Assembly (NCBI GenBank): GCA_044892525.1
Contig: CM097885.1
Span: 48,486,001 to 48,550,000 of the forward strand
DNA from: Schmidtea polychroa
Taxonomy: Eukaryota
Direction of reading: 5' to 3'
Length of the DNA stretch: 64,000 nt
This document shows, piece by piece, positions 1 through 13,090 of the stretch. Each line of letters begins with the position of its first letter. Positions within the stretch are counted from its first letter, which is position 1. The notes below the pieces were generated by a model. It did no database searches. It worked only from the letters and a program-made list of their open reading frames with translations, and had not been told where the DNA came from. A program made the position numbers and the translations under genes.

Positions 1-50
1 CATTAAATATAAATGCAATTAACTATTAATTTTTAAATCTATTAATATAT

Positions 51-3000
51 TTGATATATATTTATAATTTATCAGGTAAATTATACCCACGCTACTGCAT
101 GTCATCAAATGATCATACAAATATATGCCATAAAAATATGAAAAAATACTACGGTCATAGATTCTATGGCATTAACTACTTTATATGTCCAATATGCGAG
201 ACTTCCCACAGCATTAAATATATAGAGTTTTATAATATTCACAAATCACATTTAAATCTGTTTTCTTTAAATAAAAAGAAATTATTTATCAAAATACAAC
301 AATCAACACATAGTACTACAAACACCTAAATACAAAACCTATAAATTATAATTATAATACAAAACATGTAAATAATAATGTAAATAATACTAATCTAAAT
401 ACGAATCTAAATACTAAAATAAATAATATTCTAAATAATAATAAACAGCCTGCTGTTAGTTTTGGGTCTTGTGTCCCCTCTAAAATTACAAAAATAGATC
501 AAATAAGGGATTTAAATAATATTCAAATAGGTGGTTCAGTAAATAATAAGATAGGCGGTTCGATCGATATTGACGATGAACCTGAAATTGAGATAAATTT
601 TAAGGGTGCACGAAAGAATTTACGATTTAATGTCGAAAAAGATAACTTGGTACAAGTTTTCATTACAAATAAGATGTCAAATAAATTAATTACCGAAATA
701 AACGGAATGGGGTCAGTGAAAATACAATTCACCGTTTTAATCCAATTCGAAAAAGATGGGGATATTAGAGATAATTTTTTCTCTAATAGCGCCGAAGTTT
801 TTTCAGATAATTTTCTAGTAGAGGATATCACCAGATTAAATAATAAAATTGAAAAATTCACATATTTGGGTAGCGGATGGCGAGTGGTTAAAATCAAAGA
901 GATAGATTTTATATTAACAAAATTTACCCATATGAATAGGTTAGCTGGACATAGTTATATCCCCACCCCAGCGGCTTTAAATTCTAAAAAGCAATAGTAA
1001 ACGTCAAAAACACTGACGATATGTGTTTTATATATAGTATTTTAGCCCTTTTAAAACGTAATGTAGTACATATAAATAGAAATAGAGTTAGTTCCTATGA
1101 AAATTATCTTGACGAGTTAAATTTTGACCCCATTTCTGATTGTCCAATGAAATTATGTGATATCCCTAAATTTGAAAGGAAAAATAGTGATTTAAATTTA
1201 TCAATAAATGTTTTAATTTATAAAAAGAACCCAGCTAAGCCTTCTGAAAATGTAATTGACGATAATTATATTCCACATCATCCTCAATTAGATATCATTC
1301 ACCGATCTAAGGTTATAGGTGGTGAACCCATATACTTACTTTTATTGGAAGACGGTGATAATTTCCATTATACCGCAGTTTTTTAACTTACAAAGACTAA
1401 TGAATTGTCACTCTAGCAGTGAATGCAGCGTTAGAATTAAAGTTAACTGGTGCCCCCATTGTCTTAACGGATTTAGACATAAAAATGCATTTGATATTCA
1501 TGTCGCCTTATGCATAAAAAACCAGATAGGAACAACTCTATACACACTACCTAAAGATAAAAATTTATTATTTAAAGATTACTCTAAGACAATCACCCCG
1601 CCATTCGTGATATATGCCGATTTTGAGGCAATTTTACCCGAGGATATTACCCATCATCAAAAACACTTGCCAATAACAGCAGGCATGTTATTAATTAATA
1701 ATTATAATAACACAAAATTTTATTTTGAGTTTGTTGGGGATGATTGTGTGTTGTCTTTCCTTCGTAAGGTGGAGGAAATTGCTGTCACAATTGTCCTGCC
1801 ATATTACGAAATTAATGGGAAAAAGTCCATGCAAACTTTGTCTTTCATTGAAGAGCGGGCATATAGAGATTCCAGGACCTGTTATCTATGTAAAAAATTT
1901 ATTGTAGATAGAGTTAGGGACCATTGCCACTTCTCAGGTAAGTATTTAGGTGCTGCTTGTAGGAACTGTAATGTTTCGCGACGAATTCAGAAACAGTTAC
2001 CGGTTGTCTTTCACAATTTGAGGGGTATGATCTCCATCATATTTTGAAGTACGGTTTGAATAATTTTCCTTCTTGGGAATTAAATATTATTCCGACCACT
2101 ACCGAGAAATTCATCTCTCTCATCGCGTATATTAACAAATTGCCTGTTCGTTTTATTGACAGCATGCAGTTTGTTAATTCATCTTTAGCAAAAGCAGTTA
2201 AGACTCTTTCTGATCTGCCTTTAACTTCTTCTGTTTTTGATGGCGCAATTGTTCGAGCCAAAGGTATCTTTCCATATGACTTCGCTACATCGCTTGAGGT
2301 TCTGGAATCGACTCTTGAACTACCTCCGATTTGGGATTCTTTATCTAATGATGAGTATGCATTAGCCCAAGTTATTTGGACTCAGCAAAATTGCAACAAC
2401 ATGTTAGATTACATGTTAACTTACCTTAAATTAGATGTATTTCTCCTCGCAGATTATTTTACACAATTCCGTGCAAAGGCCATTGCTTACAATGGTCTTG
2501 AACCTCTTAATTTCTATGGCATTCCCGGTATGTCATGGGCCTCAGCGCTTATGACATTAACGGAACCCATTGAACTTCTGCAGGACATGGAAATGTTTAA
2601 TTTCTATGAAGGAGGGATACGGGGTGGGTTAACATTTGTTAACAAACATTATGTTGTAAGTTCTGAAGACACAGAACTCTTGTATATTGACAAAAATAAC
2701 TTGTATGGTTGGGCCTTAAGCCAAAAGCTTCCGTATGCTGACTTTGAATGGGTGTATGATGATCTTGATTCTGTCTTGATTGAATGTATGAATGAGGATA
2801 TTGAAAATCTCCCATATGGGTATACTATGGAAGTGGATATTGATATCCCTCAGTGTGTGCATGATTTTTTGAATGATTTTCCGATTGCTCCGGAAAAGAT
2901 GTGCCCGCCAGATTCGAAAGTTGAGAAGCTGATGCTCACGCATTGGCCAAAGAAGAACCATGTTCTTCATTGGCGACTTCTCAAGTTGTATATAGAATTG

Positions 3001-3930
3001 GGGGCTGTAATTAAAAATGTACATAGGGCAATTAAATTTAAGCATGCATCAATTTTTAAATCGTACATAGATAAAAACACTAATTTACGAGCCAATTCTA
3101 CATGCGAATTATATAGGGATCTATACAAATTATTTAATAATAGTTTGTATGGTAAATCGGTGGAGAATCTGAAAAAACGGATGAATTTGAGGCTATGCAA
3201 TTCAGCTGAAAAGATGATTGTATATGCATCAAAGCCGACTTTCAGAAAATCTATCAAAATTGCTGATGATCTGATTGCGGCTCATCTGAATAAAGATTCT
3301 ATATGTTTAGACAGGCCTAGCTACATTGGTCAAACAGTGTTAGATTTGTCTAAACTGAGGATGTACCAGTTACAGTATATAGAATTGTCTAAATATCGTT
3401 TAGAGTTTAACTGTGATATAAATATCGTTGCCGGTGACACTGACTCCTTTTTCTTAGAGATAAAGCACTCTAAGCTTGACACTCTTTTGCCGGCAATGAT
3501 TCGTGATAATCTTTTAGATACTAGCAATTATGATCCTGCTCATCCCTTATACTCTAGAAACCTTGATTCTGTGATAGGGAAGTTTAAAGATGAAAGTAAA
3601 GGTTTAGGGTATAAGGAATGGGTTTTCTTAAGACCCAAGTGCTATAGTTTGTTAGGGGATAAAGATCATTTAAAAGCAAAGGGAGTTCAGCTTGGTAATA
3701 CTGAGATAGGGCACCAGTCTTATTTAGACTGCTACAACAACAGCGTAGTATTTTCGGTACCACAAACTAGAATAGGGACGCGTAACCACCAGCTTCTTAC
3801 GTTTAAAAATACCAAGATCGCGTTGTCAAACAACGATGACAAACGATTATGGGTGGGGAAAAATTCCAGTCTCGCATATGGACATTATTTAGGAGTCGAT
3901 GTTCCAGATGTTGATCAAGTAATTTCATAA
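51..3930 (+). pseudogene. Protein-primed family B DNA polymerase (pPolB) of a second Polinton-like element, split by a stop and frameshifts
   Basis: Collinear ORFs 647-997, 1021-1386, 1319-2047 and 2044-3930 show GSGW, YIPTP, CFIYSILA, VIYADFE (exoI), EndoVII-like RDHCHFSGKYLGAACRNCN, FHNLRG, KGIFPY, IRGG, YIDKNNLYG, KLFNNSLYGK, DTDS and KAKGV. The 647 frame is open back to 314, so 51-329 may be a frameshifted N-terminus. No TIR or capsid genes are visible in the window. Confidence 0.9.
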
Positions 3931-4082
3931 ATTCCTCCACTTTTTAGCGGAATGAGTCCAGATTTCAATGATGATGACAATGAAGCCAATGTTGAGAATG
4001 ATATTGATATAGATGACGTATTGTTATCGAATTGATCTGTGATTCAATATATCTTTTAATGTCTTAATTTATTATGAAAACT

Positions 4083-4144
4083 AATAATAATTTTGTAAAT
4101 CTTAATAATAATAATAATAATGAAAATAATAATAGTAATAATAA

Positions 4145-4190
<46 letters not shown>

Positions 4191-4201
4191 TTAATCATAA
4201 T

Positions 4202-4265
<64 letters not shown>

Positions 4266-4276
4266 TTAATAATAAT

Positions 4277-4373
<97 letters not shown>

Positions 4374-4440
4374 AATGATGATAATAATAATAGTAATGGT
4401 AATAATAGTAATATTAATAAAAATAGTAATAATAATAAAA
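4083..4440. repeat. (AAT)n microsatellite
   Basis: Long imperfect AAT array; source of the spurious poly-Ile ORF. Confidence 0.97.
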
Positions 4441-4680
4441 TGACTTTGTATTTACATAACCCTTGTTAAATTATTTTATTGTTTAAATAAATGTATGTTT
4501 TATTGATTTGTGTAATAATACCCTTGCGACTTGTTGAGTGTGACCAGTACCTTTGTGAACAATACCCATAGGGGTGACAGAATATCTTAGAATATAGATA
4601 TCGGCATTCGGAATATTTCTTAAATTGTTTTAAGTTTATATATTTATTAATTATAGTTTTTTATATTGTTGTTAGAATCA

Positions 4681-4726
4681 CGGGGGGGGGGGTTAAACCC
4701 TCAGTAACCCCCTGCGTACGCGCATG
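4681..4726. mobile_element. Isolated GC-rich end of a MITE/DNA transposon
   Basis: GGGGGGTTAAACCC...ACCCCCTGCGTACGCGCATG resembles invertebrate MITE termini; partner end not found. Confidence 0.35.
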
Positions 4727-4997
4727 GTTGGATTTAGTAGGGGATCGGTTAAGATGGGAATATATGATTTTTAAGATGGATATAGTTAGATGGATGTTTA
4801 AAAGGGTAAAATTATTTCGTGAGGGATTGGTTAATGTGGGAATCTTTTGAATATTTAAATGGGTATTGGTCTTGTTGGAAATGTTTTCATGGAAAATACA
4901 TTTGTCAGCTATGAATCAATAATAGTTCCTGTGTGAAATTATAACGTTTTATTAGGTTGTGATGAATGCATAGTAAATTAAGTCATTTAGGGTTAGG

Positions 4998-5240
4998 GTG
5001 CTTAATACATCATATACAAATCTATTGCTAACTTACCACGAATTGATGACTCAATATACTGACCATGGTTACTGTGTCGTCATACTTAGTGGTCACTGGT
5101 TGCTAACTGTCTCCATCTAGTAACAACACACACATTGACTACTATTGACTACTCTATCTGAGGATCCAGTACTATTTACTATTGATACAACTGAGTATGA
5201 CAAAAGCTAAAATACAATACCACGACCACCACAACCACAA
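4998..5240 (+). repeat. LTR fragment; inverted copy of ~9230-9498
   Basis: Its reverse complement matches 9230-9498 (e.g. TGTTACTAGATGGAGACAGTTAGCAACCAGTGACCAC, CCATGGTCAGTATATTGAGTCATCAAT) and ends in ACCACR hexamers. Confidence 0.85.
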
Positions 5241-8200
5241 GAATTGATTAAATTGTAAAATATCTGAAACTATTGTAACAAATTTTTTCAAATATTTAAA
5301 TTTATCTAAAAATTTCATCTTTTTAAATAATACAATGTGTACAGCAATACTGAATGATTTCACTGAATATTTGAAAGAATTTTTAAATATTGATCATTTA
5401 ATGAAAGCACAAATTGTATTCACTATAATAGCCCCTCCAAAAGCTCAACAAATTTTGTTTGTCATCGACTACACCACGGATGAACATTATTTACTTAATC
5501 TTTCATCTTTATTGACTAATATTCTATACCTTTGTACTGCAGAAAATGTTTTGACTAAAATCAATGAAATAAGAGAAACTCCTGGTCTTTGTAAAAAATC
5601 TGGTAACTGCCCACATGATGTTCGTGGCTCTGGTCTTGTTAGCAAGATTCTCATTTTTGCGTTTATATAAAACTACGCTTTAGATCTGTCTTTGGAAAAC
5701 GTTAATCTACATGATATTGGAAATGTCATAAAGTCTTTGTTATCTATTGTGCAAGATACGATGAAAGATCCTATAAAGAATGTAGCTGACGATAAAAAAT
5801 GTATAAAACTTAAACTTGAACAATGTATAAATTTAATAAAAGAGCATGTGTTGTCTTTACAAGAATCGAATGTAAATGAAATAAACAACTTTATTATTAC
5901 AGAAATATTTCATCGCAAGGAAATTATGTAAACTAAGAACCGTAGACCATATTTAGGAAATAAAATTAGCAAAGACAAACAATCTAAAAGTAATCTAACT
6001 GCTTCTTTCAATCGTAATATGAAAATAACTGTAAATAAAATTTTAAATAATGATGAGATAAATGATCGGCCAACAATTACAGATCACATTATTAATTTTA
6101 ACCATCGAGATCCCATTGTTAGAAATTATGATAATGTCTTAAGATTTGGCTTAAAATCTAAAACAATTCTTCTACTCCGACCGATAGTAGATAAGGAGGT
6201 TGAATTAAAAATAGCTGATCATACATCTCCTGGACTTGATGGAATTCAATATAAGGATATTGCAATTCTTGATCCAGAGGGTAAATTGTTGACTCCTCTT
6301 TACAACAAAATCATAACAGAAAATACTGTGCCGGATGTTTGGAAATATTTTAAGACTCTGATGATTCCTAAACCTGAAAAGGAAGATAAATATACTTTGA
6401 TTTCTTCTTGGCACCCTATTGCTTTGTTATCGGTGGTCTATAAGATATTTGCGTCGATTTAACCAGGTGCCTTACACTATGGGTAAAACAAAACAATCTA
6501 ATTCATATCGGACAAAAAGGTGGTTCTGTATACGATGGTTGTGTGAAACGCAATTCAATACTTTCTTCTTGTCTGGAACACTCAAAATATATTAAAAATA
6601 GACCTATTGCTATTGGGTTTCTTGACATCAAAGATGCTTTTGGTAGTGTACCCCATGATTACTTGTGGAAGATTTTGCGACATATTGGGGTTTGTGAAAA
6701 ATTCACGAACACTTTAAAGCTATTATACACTGATACCAGCTCCTTCTACACTTGTGGTCCGATAATAACTCCTAATATTTCAATAAAGCAAGGTGTCAAA
6801 CAAGGATGTCCTCTTTCCATGATTTTGTTCGCAATTTCAATTAACCCTGTTCTCCAAGCTGTTAGTCTTTCTAATGTTGAACCTTTCAAAATTGGCGATT
6901 CTTCAATCCAAGTTCTCGCATATGCTGATGATGTCGCTCTTATCGCTAATAATACTCATGATTTGCAAAATATCATAAAAGTTGCTTTCGATACAGCCTG
7001 TGAAATTGGGTTTGAATACCGACCTGAAAAATGTGCTTATATCCAGTTGCCAAATATTGACACTGTTAGTGAAGTGTCAATTGACAATATTAAAATAAAG
7101 AAATTATTAACAAAAGAATTTTACCAGTATCTTGGAGTACCAATCGGAGAAGAACTTGACCAAAGTCCTTATGAAATATTAAATAAAGTAGTTAGTGATA
7201 CAAAGAAACTAGCAGATTCTGATTTATTTGGATGCAAAAATTGAAAGCATACAAAGTCTTCTTTCACTCTCGTTTTAGAACCCTTTTAGAACTAGAGAAA
7301 TTAAGATTAATGCTCTTTCAGCAAATCTCGGTAATTGCACTACACAACTTCGCTGTCACTTGAAAAGATGATGAATTTGCCCGATCAATCTGAAATTTGC
7401 TATTTTTATAACTCCATTGAAAATGGTGGTACATCTTGTACTGATCTCCTTGATGAATACCACACACAGACGATAAGTCATTTTTTCAGACTATTTACAT
7501 CAAATTGTGAATATACTAGAAGGATTAATATCGACTCATTAAAGTTTGTCACTGGACCTAGGCTTGGAAATAACCAACCATCATTACAAAAAAGCTTCAA
7601 TTGGCTTAACGGAGCCAACAACGTCAAACCTCATTCAGGAAAGAAAACTCGATTTTATCGACCACGTACTGCCATTCAGTTCTTTGAAAAAATTCACAAC
7701 ATTACAATTTGTTTTGAAGTGGTGAAAAATGAACCTACTCTTCGTCTTACAACACTTTCACGTGGTACAATGATTTTGACTCATGTAGACCGGCGTTCCA
7801 TTTCCAAAATCTTTCATTTAGTTCTCTATGATTCTTATTTTACAAAATGGAAGAACAGTAATATAAGTAGCTCAACGACATTTAGCTTATTTCCAAACAT
7901 CAATAAAGCGATATTTAAAAGAGAATTGGCGGAAGGTCCTTGGAGATTTATTCATCGAGCAAGGACAAACACTCTAGCTAATCTTTCGAAACCATACAGA
8001 AATCCTGAGGATAGAATGAGCAGACGCTATCATTGTGAGGAGACTTTGATACATGTTCTACAAAAGTTTAATGTTCAAAAAAAACTCTTGCCCTTAAACG
8101 CCACAACGACTGTCTTCAACAAATTACTCACTATTTAAAGAACCCTTCACTTATTGTAGTTGTTGATCACACTTGTTCCCTAGTACCCGACTCTAAAGAA

Positions 8201-8570
8201 CGAGTCGATCTAATCATAACCAACAACAAGAAAAAAACAATTCTTATGGTTGATATCAAATGTCCGTTTGATTCAGTGGTGATATTTGAGAAAGCTGACA
8301 ATGGAAATATTGCTAAATATGACTCTTTGAAAAATAAAATACAGGCTGTAATACCGAACTTTGTTGTAGAACTATATACTTGTATAATCGGCTCTATAGG
8401 TTCTATTCCATACCTACTCATGACCTACTTTTAAAGTTGGGGGTTCCACTATTAAAATTACCTGGTCTCCTAAAAGCATGTGCATTGAGCAACATAACCA
8501 ATTCATCAAAAACGTGGCATTACCACGCCACTGGAGTGCTTCCAGATTAAATCGTACTAAAAATAAAATT
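5241..8570 (+). mobile_element. Degraded non-LTR retrotransposon with restriction-like endonuclease (R2 superfamily, NeSL/R5-like)
   Basis: RT motifs SPGLDGI, IPK, WHPIALLS, QKG, LDIKDAFGSV, GVKQGCPLS, AYADD, YLG; degenerate CCHC (HCEETLIHVLQ); RLE motif RVDLII...VDIKCPFD; C-terminus WHYHATG with stop at 8550; many frameshifts. Confidence 0.88.
6019..8550 (+). pseudogene. RT plus RLE endonuclease ORF of the non-LTR element (frameshifted)
   Basis: ORFs 6019-6462, 6543-7244, 7335-8138 and 8246-8434 are collinear pieces of one polyprotein. Confidence 0.88.
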
Positions 8571-9179
8571 TATTGATTGTTTGATGCATTATTATTTTTA
8601 TTGCTTGAAACATATATCATTTTATTTGCTGATGGTCATTTCAAATTTATTTTACAAAAAGAACACTGAATTAATTTGTTTGTTTTTGTTTGTTTGAATA
8701 TTCAAATATTTAAATATTAAATATGTTTTTAAATAACAATTCAATGTTAAAATTGTTGCCATATGAAAATGGAAGTTCCCAAGAGGCAAATATTCCAAAG
8801 CAGAAAGTTTCAATGCCTGATTCATTTGAAAATGGGATTTTTCTCTTTTTGGAAAAAATGGAAAAAAGTTTGACGAAATTTTGCTGATCACCAAAAAGAA
8901 ACAAGAGACCAAATTATATATCAATTTGCCATTTTTGAGGAATCGTTTAGAGCTAATAGAATGAGAAAAGCCGGAGAAAGAAAGCCCGATGAAAACCAGT
9001 TGCGCCAGAGAAAATTCAAATAGAAATTTTCTATTCAGACAATTGTTTTTCTCCAAAATGATATTCATAACAGAAAAGTTGTCTCTATGGAAAATTATCT
9101 ACTTGAATGGCGGGTTCCAAGTAGAAACGTTCATTCTAACGAAGAGAAAAACTTGTTGTATTAATAAATTTTTAAAGTA

Positions 9180-9204
9180 GTCGTGGTTGTGGTCATAGTT
9201 GTGA

Positions 9205-9241
<37 letters not shown>

Positions 9242-9707
9242 TGTGGTTGTATTTTAGCATTGGTCGTACTTGGTTGTATTAATAGTGGATAGTACTGGAA
9301 CCTCACATAGAGTAGTCAATAGTACTGGATCCTCACATATAGTAGTTGAGGTTGGTGTGTGTGTTTGTGTTGTTACTAGATGGAGACAGTTAGCAACCAG
9401 TGACCACGAAGTATGACGACACAGTTACCATGGTCAGTATATTGAGTCATCAATACGTGGTCAGTTAGCAACAGTTTTATATATGACATAATGAGCACGC
9501 GAGTGGTATGTTAGTAACAATGCGTGTATTACATAAAGGTCATGGGAATGCTCAGTTAGTAACAGTGAGTATTACTTAAAGGTCACGCGTGAGGTCAGAG
9601 AGCAACTACATTTATATTACATAATACCAACACGAATGGTCAGTTAACAACAATGTGTATATTACATAATCGGTTATTATTATGTAATCGCAATACCCTC
9701 CCCCTTT
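9180..9707 (-). mobile_element. Probable LTR of an LTR retrotransposon (minus strand) with polypurine tract
   Basis: On the minus strand AAAGGGGGAGGG (9707-9696) precedes about five diverged ~44-bp tandem repeats (TTATGTAAT...TGTTRCTAACTGACC), a TATATAAAA box (~9475-9484) and an (ACCACG)n tract. Confidence 0.6.
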
Positions 9708-9970
9708 GTATCTGACGTGCTCACATCCTTCTACTCTGCAATTATATTGATTGTTGAGTCAACAATGTTGACTCGAATAAATCTTGACCCACTGATCTTT
9801 AATTTAAGTAACGTTTTCACGTAATAATTTTTCGTAGTAGCGAATGATGATACTATACGTTTGATATAATGTTAGATTTACATAATTCACAAAAATCTTT
9901 GTGGTATTCAATAGTGCAATTTTGAAAAATTATTTTCACTTGTTGGAAGTCTCGGAGTTCCCAATATATA

Positions 9971-10365
9971 TTGATTCCCTTTAAAATGGGTCTATTGCCA
10001 GTGCCAGTAGCTCCAATGTCAGGAGCATTGATGGAAATAACAGCAACGGACATTATTGGTCCGTTACCTGAAAATATTAATGACAGAAAATATACCGGAA
10101 AGATTACAGTCAGTGTCAGCTCAAGCTGGACTCAAGTTAAGACATCATCAGGAAATGTTTAAAGAGTGGTACGACAAAGTTACAACGACCATTTAAAGAA
10201 CCGTATTTAGTATGTGATACCTCAGAAAACAATCTAAAACTAAGTCCATAAAATAATAAAAATGCATTATCGATTGTCGTTCATGCTAATCGATGTAAAA
10301 AAGTGCCAGCTACATATGATTTCAGATACCATTTGAGATACACCAACAATAACAGGGAAGGAGAA
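9971..10365 (+). mobile_element. Gypsy integrase remnant (core start, GPY/F module, PPT)
   Basis: PVAPM...EITATDIIGPLP..KY; downstream KLQRPFKEPY...VVHANRCK; AGGGAAGGAGAA PPT-like tract. Confidence 0.6.
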
Positions 10366-11163
10366 TTGGCAATCAAACAATACCACAAAAACCGCGCCAT
10401 TAGGATATATTAGCAAATTTTGTTAATTGTAACAGTAATGGAAATCAATGTTCTGGAAAAAAAAGTATAATTATTCCTCCCCGGAAGCATTTATATATTT
10501 TAAAATTTTTGTATAAAATTATTTACATCTTTATCAATTTCTTTCAAAGTCTAAATACTGTTTAATTATAAGTAATACTTTTATTCCACTTATAGAGGGC
10601 GTCATTTGGAATCAAAAACTATTTGCACCCTGAGTCAAAAATCTAAATATTTTCATTTTAATGTTAAAACAGGACTTTTTAGTTTATATTTTCCTTTTCA
10701 CAAAAGATTAGAAATAATTATTAACCGAAACTTTATAACTTTGTTTTAATTGGAAAAGAAATAATAATCATAAAACTTGAAAATATGACGATAAAACTTT
10801 ATAGAGTTAATAAAGCTAGAATTTGTTATAAACATAAAAGTGGTTCTGTCAAATTGATTATGTTTTCCTGATTTATGATAATAGGATGTCTAATTGTATT
10901 TATTTATTTTGGTAGTTTAAAACAAATTATACACTTGATTATCATTCTAATTTTACTGAAATGCATATACAAACTTCTCAAAAAATTATTTGATTTCTTA
11001 CTTAGCTATGCTATCTAGCTTTTCTTTATAGTTTTAATGGTTTTTAAAGTCATGCTTAATAGGAAATTTTAGTGAATTATAAATCAATATAATTTAACTG
11101 TTTGAATTAGGATTACGTAACATACACCACCGCGATTGAAGGGTTAATAGAGTTACTCTAGAG

Positions 11164-11617
11164 CAGTGGTTCTCAACTTCGGGGTCGCGACCCCTGATGG
11201 GGTAACTATATTTATAAATAAATATATATATATATATATATTAGTGAAAAATTGTTTCCAATCCTTCTGGTAAATAGTATATAACAGGGGTAGAAAAATG
11301 GATCCCAAGTGGAATGCGGGTATTTTGAGAGTTTTACTACGGCTCTTGAAAACGAAATTTTCTAAAATATTTCATTAGAACATAATAATTTTTTTCAATA
11401 GATAGTCGTAATAATTCAAAAAGTAATTTAATTTATAACTTTTTAAATATATTCCTTATAAAAACGTCAAACAATTCTGAAATTTTTAATTTTTCTACAA
11501 AAACAATTATTCCTCCAGCGAGTATTATAAATTTTATATTTTCCTTAAAAAAATTTGGGTCTCGATGTCGTAAAAAATATCAATAGGGTCACCAACACAA
11601 AAGGTTGAAAACCACTG
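11164..11617. mobile_element. hAT (Charlie-type) MITE
   Basis: TIRs CAGTGGTTCTCAAC / GTTGAAAACCACTG; perfect 8-bp TSD CTCTAGAG. Confidence 0.92.
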
Positions 11618-12779
11618 CTCTAGAGCTTTTATTGCATATTGTAAGGTAATCTTTGGATATTCCGTATCTTTTATAGTATTAAAACTTTCTAAAATTTAAA
11701 ATGAAGGATTAATGGAGTTTTATGAATAATAGAAATGAGCATCTGAAGACCCCGAAATCCCCAAAGACAAGAAAACGTATTTTAGGTTAAATTTAAGTAC
11801 AAAGTATCTACGAATTATTGTCAAAACAAATTCAAATAATTTAAAATTACTTCTGTGATCAAATCACAATCATCCCTTTAATGTCAAAAATCTTGGACAG
11901 GCAATAAAGAAATGATTGTCAAATTGAATAAAAGTTATTGACGCCAAAATACTATAAAAATATATTAACAAAAATCAGTCGCTAGTACTTGAATAGAATT
12001 ATTAAGTGAATAAAGTTACAAATAAAGTGATAATTTAGTAAATAAACAAAAAAACGTATAAAATAATTGAAAGTTTAAAAATATTTCATAAGCAAAACCC
12101 TCTCACTGGTGAATTCCATATCTGTTGTGCAATTGTTGGTACACCGCGTTGCATTTGATAAAAATATTATAGAGTGTGTTATCAGGATTTGCATACAAAG
12201 AAAAATGAGTTATAACTTTCTACAAATTATTGTCAAGATTTTATTAGAAATTATGGAAATTTCACATTTTAAATTATTAATGACAAAATTATTTCAAAAA
12301 ATGTAAGTTATTTTTAATTTTTAAATTTATTAAATAATTAAATAAATAGCAAAATTTAAAAATTTATGAACCCGATCGCTCATAATTTACTATTTTAAAC
12401 TATCTTTTTTCATCAAAGACAAATACTATTTCGAATCGAAATACAGAAAAGGAGACTTAAAAAAAGTAAAGACTCCATATAATCCATATCAAAGTAGAAA
12501 AAAATTAAACAAGAATCAATAGCATCAGTGAAAATAAAGTTTAAAATTTGATATAAAATTGCGAAGAATATCAGAAACAGAAGACATGGATAGGATGAAC
12601 GAAAGAAAGTAGATTAAGCAAAATATAAATACAGTTTTCAAAGCGATATTCACTGACTTTGGGGACTTTTAAGAAAAGAAATAATACATGTAAGCTATTG
12701 TCGGTCAATTTAATATATGTTTAGTTAATAGCATTTGCTTACCATAATAAAATATTACAATGATGATTTTAAGAGAAAA

Positions 12780-13090
12780 CTTAGATAAAGGATTCGAGTC
12801 TCAAATTCTTTTATAATTATTGATAACTCATCATTTTATAATAACTTATTCATAGCCCATATCATAACAACCCAAATGGTTTAGTTGAAAGGCAATTTAT
12901 AACTAACTATAAGGGACGCAGTTGCAACTAAGTTAAAAGACAAACGGTATAAAGATTTTACAGAAATATTACCAGACTCAGAATTTATGTTAAATGAATC
13001 TGAACAACAATTGGTCAAGTATTTTGTAGACTACGAAATGGACAAAGAGATATGAAAAATTATGATTCAAACAATCAAATAAGAGGGGGA
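12780..13090 (+). mobile_element. Degraded LTR-retrotransposon integrase remnant
   Basis: DKGFE and SPYHNNPNGLVERQF motifs; purine tract AAGAGGGGGA at 13081. Confidence 0.5.

Noticed and set aside
4074..4469. Poly-Ile/Tyr/Leu ORFs (also 35858-36058 and 50853-51101)
   Set aside because: Translations of (AAT)n microsatellites
4987..4998. TTAGGGTTAGGG at the edge of the LTR fragment as a telomere-healing scar
   Set aside because: Only two units; compatible with chance
9450..9670. ~44-bp periodic repeats as a CRISPR-like array
   Set aside because: Diverged tandem repeats with no unique spacers, in a eukaryotic LTR context
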